Assembly: GCF_964355755.1 (NCBI RefSeq)
Contig: NC_092677.1
Coordinates: 4,424,101-4,488,100, forward strand
DNA from: Antedon mediterranea
Lineage: Eukaryota; Animalia; Echinodermata
Direction: 5' to 3'
Length of the DNA stretch: 64,000 nt
Shown here: positions 12,901 through 25,900 of the stretch, piece by piece
How positions within the stretch are numbered: position 1 is the first letter of the stretch
How the letters are laid out: each line of letters opens with the position of its first letter
The notes under the pieces: model-generated
The model's database searches: none
Told to the model about the DNA's origin: nothing
What the model saw: only the letters and a program-made list of their open reading frames with translations
Made by a program: the position numbers and the translations under genes

Positions 12901-15124
12901 CGAGCCCCAACGTCCCCGCATGCGCACAGTGAATTAAAACGACTTATGTAACCTTAGCTTCTAGATCTTCTGTAGCTCCTTATAATATTAAGATTGATAC
13001 ACCTTTTTTCAAATTACCTTCGAAGTTCTACAGAAAGTCAAACAATATTTTTGTTTACAGCACGAACTGATTCGGAAAGGCCAGCCATATGGTAACTGTA
13101 TAGGTGAAGATGCAAGAGTGAAGAACTTGATTTACAAGGGAGACACAGTGTACACAGCTACTGTAAATATAACTATATCATTCATGTTTATTCTAAAGCA
13201 CACCTTTTGAACGCCATTAAATGATTTTAAAACTGGAAATTAACCATAACACGCGCTGCAGCATTTACATCGTTTAGTTGTCTTGCCTGAACTCTACTGT
13301 TATAACAGGCCTAAGCAGCATATATCTTTGTTAAAAATAATATACTTATTTTTATAATTGCATGCTGTAAATGGTAGGCATACGTCACAATTTGTATTAA
13401 TATTTGTATAGTCATCGTTATCACCATCTTCTTCATACAACACCAACATGAGCACATCATTACCTTAATTTTAATTGATTTTCTATAGGCTTGCCAAAAA
13501 TCGTGTTTACAACTAAAGTTACTAGAAGTTTGCGACTGTGTGGACACATTGCGTTATAATGGTTCCCGGCGTTGCCAACTACTGGATCTTGAACAAGGCT
13601 AGTTTAAACAATAATTAACACCTTAAAGCCTGTTTTCCACTAAGAGAGTATTCGTTTGAATCGAAAGTACTCATTATTCAGATTCCAAATCACTTTATGC
13701 GACAAATTCTATAGTTCCTTGAGTTCATCGAACTGTTTGAACTAGAATTCGCAGAAAAAGTATTTGTAAGATGCAAATACACATGTGCATTAATAACAAT
13801 AATACTTCATCAAAAGTATTTGTAAGATGCAAATACACATGTGCATTAATAACAATAATACTTCATTCATAAACACTCATTCCGTTAGCCGAGGAGTAAG
13901 CACATTTTAGGCCTAATTGCTATTTTTCAAAATCTCAACATATTCCATTATTACCTATTAAAACATTGATATACAATATGAATACTGGATCCAAACGCGC
14001 TATTTTCCTTTTTATTTGCAGTAAAATATTATATTTTTAAAGTCTATACATTTTGTTTTACCAATAGAACGCTGCCGCCAATTTGTGAATTATCTTCATT
14101 CTCAATATGTGATGCAATGTGATTGCCCAGTTGCTTGTCGGTAAGTTAAACTCGCCTCTGGTGATAACACTATGTTGAATTGAATTATAGTTATCACAAA
14201 TTAAACAATATCATTGTACTGAAACGTATGGCATATTATGTAGGTGAGGTCCTCTAATAATTCCTATTTTTGTTATTTTTAGTGGAATTACACATGAAAA
14301 GACCGTATCACAATCACTTTGGCCTTCTGACAGATATGTGGTAGGTTTGTTGGTGGTTCTTCGTGCGAAGTATTTAATAATACAGTATAGAATAAAACAT
14401 TATTACGAATGGACTATAACTAATGCTGATTACTGGGTTACTATAACATTTTAAATCTTCTAGAAAACTTTGCTTGACAGTATTTACGTCCTTGATCCAA
14501 GATACAGTGAACATTTATACGATCTTGAAACGGCACAGTAAGTAGCATGTTTAAAAAAGAGGCATTGTTATGCAATTGTTGTAATGATTTTATTATCTCT
14601 GAAAAACTATTTTTGTAGCCTTTTTTGTATAATACGGTAACTATTTATTATAATTATTTTTTAAATGTGTGTAAACAGACGAAATCTTGCTCGTCTGAAC
14701 GTGTATTATGAGGATCTATCGTACGTCTCCATATCTGAAGTACCAGCTTATACAGTAAGTATACACAGTCAAATCTAGTCGGTCTTTCGACGTTTGCATA
14801 TATCACAAAATGGCAAAATACACAAACATCTATTTCTAGATCTCTGGAAATTGAGATAGTACTTCTATTGATAGTTGGGGTGGGGTGAAGTGTATGGAAC
14901 ATTTAAAGTTTCTATGTCAACATACAGCCTACGTTGATAGCCTATTGTATTCTGAATTTCAGTGGCAAAGCCTCTTCGGTGACGTAGGAGGAACTCTGGG
15001 GCTGTATATTGGTCTTTCATTGCTAACTGTTGTCGAATTTTGCGAATTCTTCATTGATATTCTTCTTTATTGTTGTAACAAAATGGTGAAGAGGAACAAA
15101 GTACAGAACTCACCCGAGTTGTAG
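3942..15124 (+). CDS. DEG/ENaC (amiloride-sensitive sodium channel/ASIC family) subunit with 7 LDLa repeats in the extracellular domain, paralog 1, ~824 aa
   Basis: 18 exons: 3942-4151, 8411-8564, 9173-9292, 9591-9722, 9984-10145, 10410-10634, 10947-11054, 11171-11284, 11606-11927, 12308-12417, 12617-12780, 13061-13162, 13489-13597, 14068-14140, 14283-14340, 14464-14537, 14679-14754, 14963-15124. The total is 2475 nt with consistent phases. Motifs: TSSHG, TM1, [32 protein letters not shown], Cys-rich thumb, WPS, and TM2 [23 protein letters not shown]. Confidence 0.93.
4482..8311. mobile_element. 3.8-kb non-autonomous DNA transposon with TTAA target duplication and long imperfect TIRs (Kolobok-like), in intron 1 of paralog 1
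   Basis: TTAA|GAGCCATTGTCTGTAA (4482)...TTACAGACAATGGCTC|TTAA (8311). Inverted similarity continues inward for ~500 bp: ccatggcaacggccaa vs ttgaccgttgtcatgg, aaaaggggtgttttt vs aaaaacacccctttt, actggggtaaattt vs aaatttaccccagt. No transposase ORF. Confidence 0.8.
6086..6620. mobile_element. Tc1/mariner-type MITE remnant nested in the TTAA element
   Basis: The right end ggtggccgcttacgggaggttcaactg|ta is partly mirrored by agcggccacctccctt at ~6088. Internal cccgtaagcggcca repeats are present. Confidence 0.5.
8824..9069. repeat. 32-bp minisatellite, ~7.5 copies
   Basis: Head-to-tail gtccattctgtaggctacctagccctgtctct units with no spacers, in intron 2 of paralog 1. Confidence 0.95.
9173..11284 (+). 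CDS. LDL-receptor class A repeat cassette (7 modules on exons 3-8) of channel paralog 1
   Basis: [128 protein letters not shown]..C plus FTCTNGKHI..CDFKNQCGDNSDEEGC; CNEEFAFQCDNKQCI..CNDIEDCYDYSDERSC; CSRFLCNNKKCV..CNGLDECGDGSDEMFC. All flanking introns are phase 1. Confidence 0.93.
13757..13867. repeat. ~55-bp tandem duplication in intron 13
   Basis: aaaagtatttgtaagatgcaaatacacatgtgcattaataacaataatacttcat occurs twice in a row. Confidence 0.9.
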
Positions 15125-16927
15125 TTTCTTTGATGCAACCGCATGGAAAACTCATATTTCCTATTTTCTTGTATATAACTTCAGTCTTATAGACAAGAAG
15201 AGTAGGCTTAACACAGTAGATTTACATTATTAGATTATGTAATTTATACACACCAACTTTTATTTTAGGGAATTTTACAGCTCACTATGTCGGTCGGTTG
15301 GTCGGTAAACTTGAGCACGCGACTGCAGCCATGCATATGGCCTTGTTCTATGAACTAGCACAATATATTTTCCTCTTTTATAGAACTTTAAAGTAACACT
15401 GTATACCAAATTAAATTTAATAAATTGCTACATAGTTTATAAGTACTTTCTTTTAGGGAAGGATACGGTTTATTTATGTGTGTATATTTCATAGTAACGG
15501 AACATGGAGATGACTAAAGTACACAATTTGTTCGGCAATTAAAAATAGCACGTCAATAGAATAGTCAATCTTGTGACGATCAAGTAATAGAAATCATTAT
15601 TAAATACAACACAATATAATCAAAGAAAAGAGTACTTTTGTCCACTTTGAAGTGTATTTAGTACAATGATTTATTGTGCTTGATATCAATTTTAGACTGT
15701 ATACTGGAATTTTTACAGGTCTTTTTTTGCATAGTTAATTTAGACTGTAGAGGTTATTATGCCTTATATCAACCTACCTGTTTGTCTTGAACTATTTACA
15801 AATTGTAAATTAAAAAATCAATCGATGCATGTTTTTTATTTTTTTTTAAATACACAATTCTGCAATACTAAATAACGTTTAGTTTTATTATTATTTAGCA
15901 TTATTTTTCTTTATTTATTTATACTACAAATTTTATGAATATGTATTGTTATATTCCAAGATGTATTTTAAGTGGAGAGAGGCACTATATGTCAACATAT
16001 CATATTCATGGTCCTCTTCCCATGACGGTTGTTACATAATGCTTTGCATTTCTTTTTATTTTTTCAAAATTGTATTTATATGATTCATGTGGACATTTTG
16101 TCTGAAATAAAGTTGAATTGAATAGTAAGCCTATTCTAATTGTTAAGCTTACTATTCATAATAAGATTTACTTGTGTTTTTAAGTCCTGATGATAACTTA
16201 TTATCTTAATAAATAAATTAGCCTAAATTTTAGAGACCTACCAAAAATCAAACGATGTATGCATTAGCATATAAACTTTCAAAACTTTCTAGTGTGCATG
16301 CGTAGTTTAATACAATATAGTGCCCTCTATTAATTTTCCAGTCAAGGGCTGTTGGCGTGTTCTCTATTATGTCATAATTAATCATGAATTATTCATGATT
16401 TCTTCCCACGTTCGTCCTGGAAAAACAAATTACGCGGGCTGTTGCAGTGCAGTTAGAAACAGTGTTTTTCAGGACACAGTAAATTGCTTAGTTTTAAAGC
16501 ATTAGGCTAGCAAAGACACGCTATCGTATTGATCTGCTACCGTCTACCGTACCGTCTTAATCTCACATAAGTGGCGTTGATTAAGTGGGCCTATCCAATA
16601 CATAATTATGAATTCCCTAATCAAATTAGCAAACCTCAAAGTCAATAGTATAATAGCATTTTGTATTAATGTACACGTACGCTTGATGTGTGTTGATCGT
16701 CGCAATTTGTTCATTTTGTTGCTACTGCGCTGCTTGATACAACGATTACTAATAAGTTCTCGTAATTGGACGCCCACAACCGTATCCATGGAAACGCATC
16801 AACTATTAAAAAAAATTGGCTTTTAAGAATGCGATATCTTAGAAAGACGACACATCTCAATAATTCTGTTACAAACAAAATCTAAATCTACCCGACAATA
16901 ATGGAAGATTGTTGTTGAAAAAACAAG

Positions 16928-19900
16928 ATGAGTGATAAAGAAACGTTTGAAGAGATAACTTCTAAATTCGTGTCTGGGACAACCTCTCACGGAATTCCGC
17001 GAATTGCGGCTGCTAAATCTTGGTTTGGACGGCTTATGTGGAGCCTACTATTCGTATTATGTATGGGTATATTTGTATGGCAAGCATATCGACTTATTGA
17101 TTCGTATTTGGCGTACGACGTCGCAATATCGGTTGGTATACTTTTCATTTTTGTTTTATGTTTCCAATCACACAATTTCACTATTTTTATTTATATTCTT
17201 ATCGATTTATTTCTTTATACCTATTACTCTTCTGTAAGAATGTTATAGAAATTATTAGAAATACCAATTGTGTTTATGTTTATGTTCCAATTTGTTTTAT
17301 TCTATTTTATCCACTTATAATCGTATTGTTAGCAGAGTTCTATAGTATTATTGTGTTCATAATGTATAGACACCCATCAATGTTAAAATGATATAAGCCT
17401 AAACAAAGACTTGTTATAATATACAGGTTGTAATATCAAGTTCTTTATAATCAACTTTATTCAACATTATTTGATGATTAAATTCATAATTAAAACAAGT
17501 AATTACATACTACTAATAATAATTTGCATTAATACATTTTTCATTGTCGATTCTATTGTCGAATTGTATGTGTATTCAGATAAGTAATAACAATACATTG
17601 CAGTTAAAGAACACTATTCGAAGAAAAAAAGTAGAGAAATCGTATTGTCTCTCTCCGTAGAGGACTTAATCCAAACTTCCTCAGTTTTTTTCTCGTTACC
17701 ATATTCAATTTTCAATTCAATTCATTCAATTCAAGGAACATTTATTCACGTCCAAAAGACAAAAGTAACAAAAACAAAATGGCAAGTGATAAAACAAGAA
17801 AATGGACGAAGGCAAATCCCAAAAAGATTACAATCTTGTGACGGGATTGCCTTTACAAAATATTTAAATAAGAGAAGAAAAAAAATAAAAATATATAAAT
17901 AAAGAAAATAAATTAATTAAACAATAAAGAAATACAAAATATATATAAAACCAGTAGATAAAAGTTGGAATAAAAAATAAAAAAAGAACAGAAAAAAGTA
18001 CAGCTGCATGGCATATAGCGAATATGATGACAATTGAATAATAAAGATAGCAAGTCACGGAACATGGAAAAAACGACCATATCAAACAGATCGATCAGTA
18101 ATGAGACAAAAGGTAATTTTTTATGTTGTTATTAAATGAATAGCGGTTGGCAGCACAGGAAATTGAGGGGGGTAAATTGTTAAACAATAGAGGTCCAGAA
18201 TATCTAATGCTATGTTGAAAATAATTGGTGTTATGGTTAGGGATATATATGTTATTTCTTGTTCCTTTACCTTAGCCATTTACCCTACAGTAAATGTTTT
18301 AAACTTTTTTAGATCGAAATGAATAACATTGGGGGTCAAGAGTTAAATTTCCCGGCAGTGACGTTGTGCAATACCAATCCTGTTCGGAAGTCGAAGGTCA
18401 AATTAACTTCTCATTTTGTTCTGTCGAATTTGGAAGCGTACTCACAAGGCTTGCCCTATTATGGTATGGTTTTTTAGATACATTTTTTATTATCTAAAGT
18501 TGAGTGAATGGTTCGAAGTTTTAGATTTACGGGGTGGACAATTATATTATTTACAATCTAAAAAAAAACTAATTTCGAATACAGTGGAAACCATGTGAAG
18601 GGGACAACACCTTTCAAATCAATTAAATTCAAATAAACATTTATTTCTTTCCATTGTAAACGATAACTATGAAAAAAGTTACCAATGTTTTAAAAATACA
18701 ACAACTGAAAAGGCGAAACGGCCAAAAAGTATACAACAGAACATAAGACTGAAACTTGTGGTTAAAGAAATGTTAACAATGAAGAGTGTCTCCTTAATAG
18801 TGTGTCCTTCGGTTATTCATGCATTTATTTGGTCAGATGTATAAATTGGCTTGCCACCGATAACGAGATAAAAGTAACGAATCACAAATGCTATGAACAG
18901 AGGTTAGAATAGTGTTCTTTTCCAGTTCGTTTCATGAAGAAATTAAGAGTCTTCTGAAGAGTCGGTCCAATGTAAAGGTTCTATTATTCGTTACTGAGCA
19001 TTACATTTTTTTCCTCTAGCTCCTTGTAAAAATGGAGATTTTGAATGCCGAAATAATAAATGTGTAAAACCCTTCAAAGAGTGTAACGGAGTAGACGAAT
19101 GTGGGGACAGGTCTGACGAAGAGAAATGCGACGCTCGTAAGTATCGTGGTTGTGTAAAGATATTAAAACCACAGTTTCCAAATCTGTAAGGTTGCTTAGA
19201 ATGAAGCATTTACTTTGGTCTACACCGGTTATGTTGATTATAATTTATTTTAGTTAATTTAAGATCAAGTATTTTTTATTTTACATAATACTAATTTTAC
19301 TAATAAAATAGTATGATTTAAAGCTCCGTCTACACTATTTTAAAAGCTTGTTTTACAAACTGTCATATGCCCAAATATGGTAGAGATATGTCTAAATATG
19401 GTAGTGATATGACATCATGTCCATATGGGCACATCACATTTTTTTCACATAAAGTTTGATAGTCCTTTATAAAGTATATTGTAATACAAGTGTATGTATT
19501 CATGTAAGTATAATTGGAATTTTTATTCAGCGGATTGCAACGATGGATTTTTCAGATGTGCTTCAGGAAGCGATATGGGATGGTGCATTGACAAGTCGTA
19601 TTATTGCGATAGAACCATTGACTGTTACAGCCAAGAAGATGAGATACAGTGCTTGTCAACAGATAGTAAGTAGGCCTATTTGTTTTACGTTTCTTCCTTG
19701 TGTTGAATTAGTAATCAGAATGATATTACGTGATCTCTAAAACTGTGATCAATATCACTTTAGGCCTACACACGATCGAATGCAGATCCCATTGAGGAGT
19801 GACTTTTATTTGTGCCCGGCAGACTTTCCAAACAGCATAAGTCTGTTTGAATGCTCTCAATAATTCGACACGAAAAACTAACGTTGGCTTAAAAATAGCT

Positions 19901-22900
19901 AACCAGTGCGAACGTTTGTAAGTTATGTTTAAAAAAAAACAGATTACGATCCGTATTTATATCTTTCAGTCATTTGCACAGCTGATGAATTTCAATGCAA
20001 AGAAGGTGTAATGTCTGAGTTCCATTCAGACTTTTACACACAATACGGCACTAGTTTCTGTATTGGGAAGCAATATGAATGTGACGGCCTTATGCATTGT
20101 GGTGATGGCGCCGATGAGGAGTCATGTACAAGTATGTTCAATCGTGTAATTTATAGTCTAAATTATGCAAATACACCTATATGCAAATATGCTATATAAA
20201 AGTCCAATAATATGCGAAAGATGTTGGGGTAGCAGCGGCTCCTACCCACTCAAATGTTCGTGGAGGCTAATATAGACGAGCGGTTACGGTAAGCGGAGAA
20301 CCGCGTAGCTTGTCCCGCGTATTCCTATCCTGAGAGTGGAAACTACCCGTCCTCTCCGCGTTGTGTGTAAAAATGGTTATAAGATGTGAACAGCATAGAT
20401 TCTATATTTTGTATTACCGTTACCTCTCGTATGTGTAGATTGGCCTTTACACGTGGACATTCAGTAACTCATTGCCTTTTAAACATAAACAGATGATGTA
20501 ACATGCATTGAATTTTCCTGTGGCAACAAATGTATTCCGGGGGCTTGGACATGTGATAAGGTGTGCGACTGTCCTAGCTGCGTTGACGAATCAAGTACAG
20601 TGTGTCCGTTTGTCTGTGACAACAATATAGTGATACGAGAAGTCGACACTTGTAACCACGTTGATGAGTGTGGCGATAACAGCGATGAACGGGAATGCTA
20701 TTTCACAGGTTCTTAGTTATTATTGACAAATTATTCTACTGCAGTTACTGCAGTAACTTTTCGTTTTCATTTTTACTGCATGCGATAACGAATGATTTTA
20801 GTTTGTTTCAAAGTTTATGAGGCAATTTAAAACAGTAAAATTATGATGAACAAAGTAGGCTTGCTGAATATCGTATAAAGCCGTTACATTTTCTGTATAA
20901 GAACAATTTTGACATGGTTACCAGTAGTGTTATTAATCAATTATTATATAATTGCATAAGCGATTTAGTCAAGAGTTGCTGTAACTTGGAGCATGCTAAA
21001 AAGCATTTTTAGATGCTAGAAACCATAAAAAAAAAATGTTTAAATTGTAAACACATTATTGTTTGATAGAGTAATTTAATGTCTGTTCAAACATTATCAT
21101 TCATTTGCGTTATCCAATACGCAATAACAATATAAAATCTCACAAACAAAATATGCCTGGTAATGACTTGCATTTCGAGTATATATTTTATAAATTGTTA
21201 TTTATTTTAATGTTGTTAATATTTAATAATAGGGAGCTTTCGACTTGCAACGACAGGCAGCCATATTTTCCCCCGAAAAAAATCGCGAGGGTTCGATTCG
21301 GACTGTGTGACGTTCGTTGTCATGCATCGGTGAACAGCCTTACCGTAGAGAGCTGCACTGATTGAGTACGAAACGAACCCATGGAAGAATTCTCGTACGG
21401 AAAAAAACAAACTACGTCATTTTAATTCAGTCCAGGCGACGACCAACCAATTGACATGAACTAGCTTGGTCGTCATTCGTCACAGATCGAAAGCTCTCTA
21501 ATAATATTCTTAAAGATTTAACAATGTCAATCATTTTGTAATACGTAGCGTGCGTGGCATCAGAGTTCCAGTGCACAAATCACCAGTGTATTCCAATTAC
21601 CCAACGCTGTGATTACCACAGTAACTGTTTGGATGAAAGTGATGAAATTGGATGTAAGTTAGGTATTTTTGTTTTCGTACGCCTGACAATATTGTTGTTT
21701 ATGGAGCTCGAACGAGTAAGGAAATTCTTCAAATCACGAAAAACCTAATAATGCAGTGCTGTGTTCTTATGTATGCCATTCACATCTCCTGGCAACAACA
21801 CTTTGAGAGAAGGTTCTCGAATACATTACGCAGATTGACGGCCATCTTCCAGTAATTATGCTAAACCTTCCTGATATGATTTCTTCTAATTTATAGGTGA
21901 TTGTAGTGGATTTGTCTGTGACAACGGTGTCTGTGTAAATGTATACGCCAAGTGCAATACCGTTGTAGAATGTTCTGATGCATCAGATGAACACCTATGC
22001 AATGAAACCAGTAATTCAATTAATTTTATTTATACAACAAACAAACTAAATAATTAATTAGTAAAAAATAATATTTTCAATAAATATAAAACTTTGTTTC
22101 TTGTCTTGCAAAGAGCTATAATAGTCAACAAGTATTGTTTAATAATATTTTAATATAATACCACAATGCGGTTCAAGAAAATACAGTACTTACTACTTCT
22201 ATTCTTATAATAAGAATTCTTATCGATCTACATTCCTTTTTACAACTATCTTCAAATAATATTGTTATATAACATTTTCTGTAAATATCATAATGTACAT
22301 TATTATTGTGATTACAATTATAAAAGAACATGTCAAATATATTCTGCAGTTACCTGCATTAAAAACTTTAGTTCAGTCTTTAACTCTTGAAACTCTATTA
22401 TTATTATGTAATAATAGGCCTATTATACTAACTGCTTTATAAACATCTAACTAGTAAAGTAAAATAATGTTGACATGATACCTTAAGCCGATTTTCCACT
22501 AGGCGAATTTGTTCGCGCGAATCGAACGCGCCAGCTTGTACGCATGTGTTTCATGTTTACGTCTTCCAAATCCTTCTCTACGCATGCGTATTAGCTGACG
22601 CCTTCAATTCGCGCGAACAAATTCGCCTAGTGGAAAATCGGCTTGAAGCTCTCCCTAGATTATCAAACTAGTTTTGACAAAAAAACATGTGATATGCCCA
22701 AATATGGTAGTGATATGCCCGACGTGGTAGTGATATGCCCGATGTGGTAGTGATATGACATCATCGTGTCCATATTATGGGCACATCACATTTGTTTGTC
22801 ACATACAGTTTGATAGTGTAGACGGAGCTTTACGTATATTCATTTTAGCGGCTTCAAAAACATATTCCACGAATTCTCCGAATACATGGCCGGATAAATG

Positions 22901-25900
22901 GTATGAAGATTACATCGGTATACTTGACGATCCCGGCATGGCGAAAGAGATATTTGAAGATAAATTCACACATGATTTCTATGATTGGGGATTTGAAAGA
23001 GTCGAGGGAGAGTTTCCGCCAGATTGGTTTCGTTTCTTAGCATTCAGCAATACACTTGATTACAGCGATCTCCAGGGCGTCTTAAAACTCACATCTTCTG
23101 AAATATCCCAGTATGGTCACCAATTGGAAGATTTTATTCTTCAATGCACATTTAATAAAAAAGAATGTGACTTGATGTAAGTAGAGGTGAATAATGAATA
23201 TTATATAACACCTATATAAATTCCTGTCATTTGATTGGACGAATGTGGGTCACATGGCGTGCAATAGTACGCACTATTCAACGATCGTTAAATAGTACTT
23301 TTTGAAACATTTTTGTGTACGGAAAAAAAACGTCTAGATGTTATATAAAACAAATAATGAATGTTTTGTATTCGTGTAATGGTACAAATAATGGCACTTG
23401 GTGAATGATGAAAGGTTATATCAACTCGGCTTTGCCTCGTTGATATAACCTTTCATCATTCACCTCGTGCCATTATTTGTACCATTGCACTCATAAACAT
23501 TCATTATTTGTATATTATTCACCCTTAAGCTCTGTCTACACCATCAAACTAGTTTGACACAAAAAATGTGATGTGCCCAAATATGGTAGTGATATTCCCA
23601 AAGTGATATGACATAATCATGTCTATATATGGGCACATCACATATTTTTTGTCACATAAAGTTTGATAGTGTAGACAAGTCTTTTAAATTACTTCAAACA
23701 GAGAGAATTTATGACCCGGATGTTTATTTCCATCCAACAGCAATACCACTTACACAATATCATTGTTATAAAAGGTAAAGATAAAAGATAGACACATGTA
23801 CTGTACAAAAAAACAAACAAATAGTAATTCCTACGTAACTGTTACGCCTAAGCTTATTTATTATTAATTTCTTTTACTTTTTCTTCACATTTGTATTCAA
23901 AATATATTTATTTATTATTATTATAAATCCAAAGGCAAATTACTGAAAAAATGACAATGATGTGGGTATCAGTGGCTGGATCTCAATAGAGATACAGAAT
24001 AAAAGCGAAAAGCTAAATCAAAACGAGAAGTAAAACAGCCAGAAAAGTTAGCAGAGCTTCCGGGCAACACTAGCCCTTCATCAGCCCTTTATTATTATTA
24101 TTATATTGTTTTCTTTTATTTTATTATCATGTAATGTTTTTTTTCCTCTATTACGTAGACCTATCAATGAGTTTCAACATGACAAATACGGGAATTGTTA
24201 CACATTTAACAGTATAAAACCATTCAGTGTGCCAAATATCGGAGCTCCAAATGAAACGATCTATGATGAATTTATAGAAGAAACCACATCAGTAAAAACA
24301 TCATCGTTACCGGGGGCTGAACATGGTAAAACTCCTTCTCCTAAAGTTAGGCTTAAGAAATATCAAATACATAGTCACGTGTCGTATTTGTTAAAGGTCG
24401 AGAATGTGATATGACGTAAGGTAGAGGTAAAAAATGTGATATGACGTAAGTTAGAGGTTGAGAATGTGATATGACGTAAGTTAGAGGTCGAGAATGTGAT
24501 ATGACGTAAGCTAGAGGACGAGGATGATGCCTAAAGTTAGATTTAAGAAATACTGAATACATAGAACCTGTCGAATTTTCACTTTTTAATACAATTCGAT
24601 CGAATTTATTCATATTTAATAGAACTCAACAAAACATCTTCATTTATGCAATTTATATATATATTTTTTTTATTTATCAGGTCTAAAACTGACGCTAAAT
24701 GTTGAACAACATGAATACATAAGTATCTTCGGACAAGATAGTGGTGTTAAAGTGTCAATTCACCGCCAATACGAAACCCCATTTCCAGAAGATGACGCCA
24801 TCACAATTTCCCCAGGTAGTTTGACATCAATTGGACTTAGAATGGTAAGTACAGATATAAGTGACCTTTCAAATCACACAGTCGAATTGTAGCATAATGT
24901 GTGCGCACGCTCCTAACCCTATGAACATGCACAGAATGACTGTACCAACTCATGACCATTTCTTTCCCTCGAAACCCTAAGCCTGAAATGATTAGACTTT
25001 AACTTCTCATCGCAGGATGCAAAACAAAATTCATTACACTTCCAACGAACATTATTTATAATTGGACATTAATGCCACGATGTTTCACGCACGTTTGTTA
25101 ATGATTATGACATTAAACGATTTGTTTCAGGACATTGTCCTTGTAAAACATATTACCAATTATCTTTCAGAATAAGTACAGTCGTTTAGGAGGTCTTTAT
25201 GGAAATTGCACCAATGACCTCACAGAGTCTATGAGGAAATATTATCCAGATGACACAGTGTACACTGTAACTGTATGTGTTTGTATATTTTTAAAACAGT
25301 CATTAGCTAAAAATAAGCTTAGTACAAATACATTTATTTTTCTATTATACTTTCCAGGATAAATAGAGATAAGTACAAAATAAGCCTACTTCTAACCTAA
25401 TAGTTGGTCCGCTTTTATATTTTATTTAGTTCTTCTATTTTGGTTTTTTTTTTTTTTTTGCTGATATTTTGAACTTTAAAACAACTTACAACAATCAATC
25501 AATCGTTCCATTTTTGAATATCTATTCCAACGATCATTGCTTATAAGCTCTGTCAAAAAGAAAAGCAGAATGAGTGACTTTTTAGAAATTACTTAAAACT
25601 GCCCAACGATGATGAGTCTGTTATGTACAAAAGCATATTTCTCCGGAGCCTAGATCCAATGTTGTGAAAATTCGAATTCCACCAACTATGCTTTCTCTAT
25701 CTTATTATATTTATTATCAAATATATAACAAAAAGAAGTTTAATGTACTGATGTTAATGTTTTCTTCATAACTTAAGAGCCTTTAGAATACAGTAATTGT
25801 CACTTGATTTAACTTTACTTAAAGGTTAAATCATTTATATCCTTACTCATTGATTTTTAAAACTATTTAATTATGATTAGTTTTGCCTTGATTTTTCAAG

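Noticed and set aside
17700-18290. Possible antisense L2/CR1 LINE 3' remnant with a (ttcaa)n tail
   Set aside because: It is too degenerate to delimit or assign without alignment.
24353-24613. ORF with YVISHSRPL repeats
   Set aside because: It is a translation of an intronic 30-bp minisatellite.
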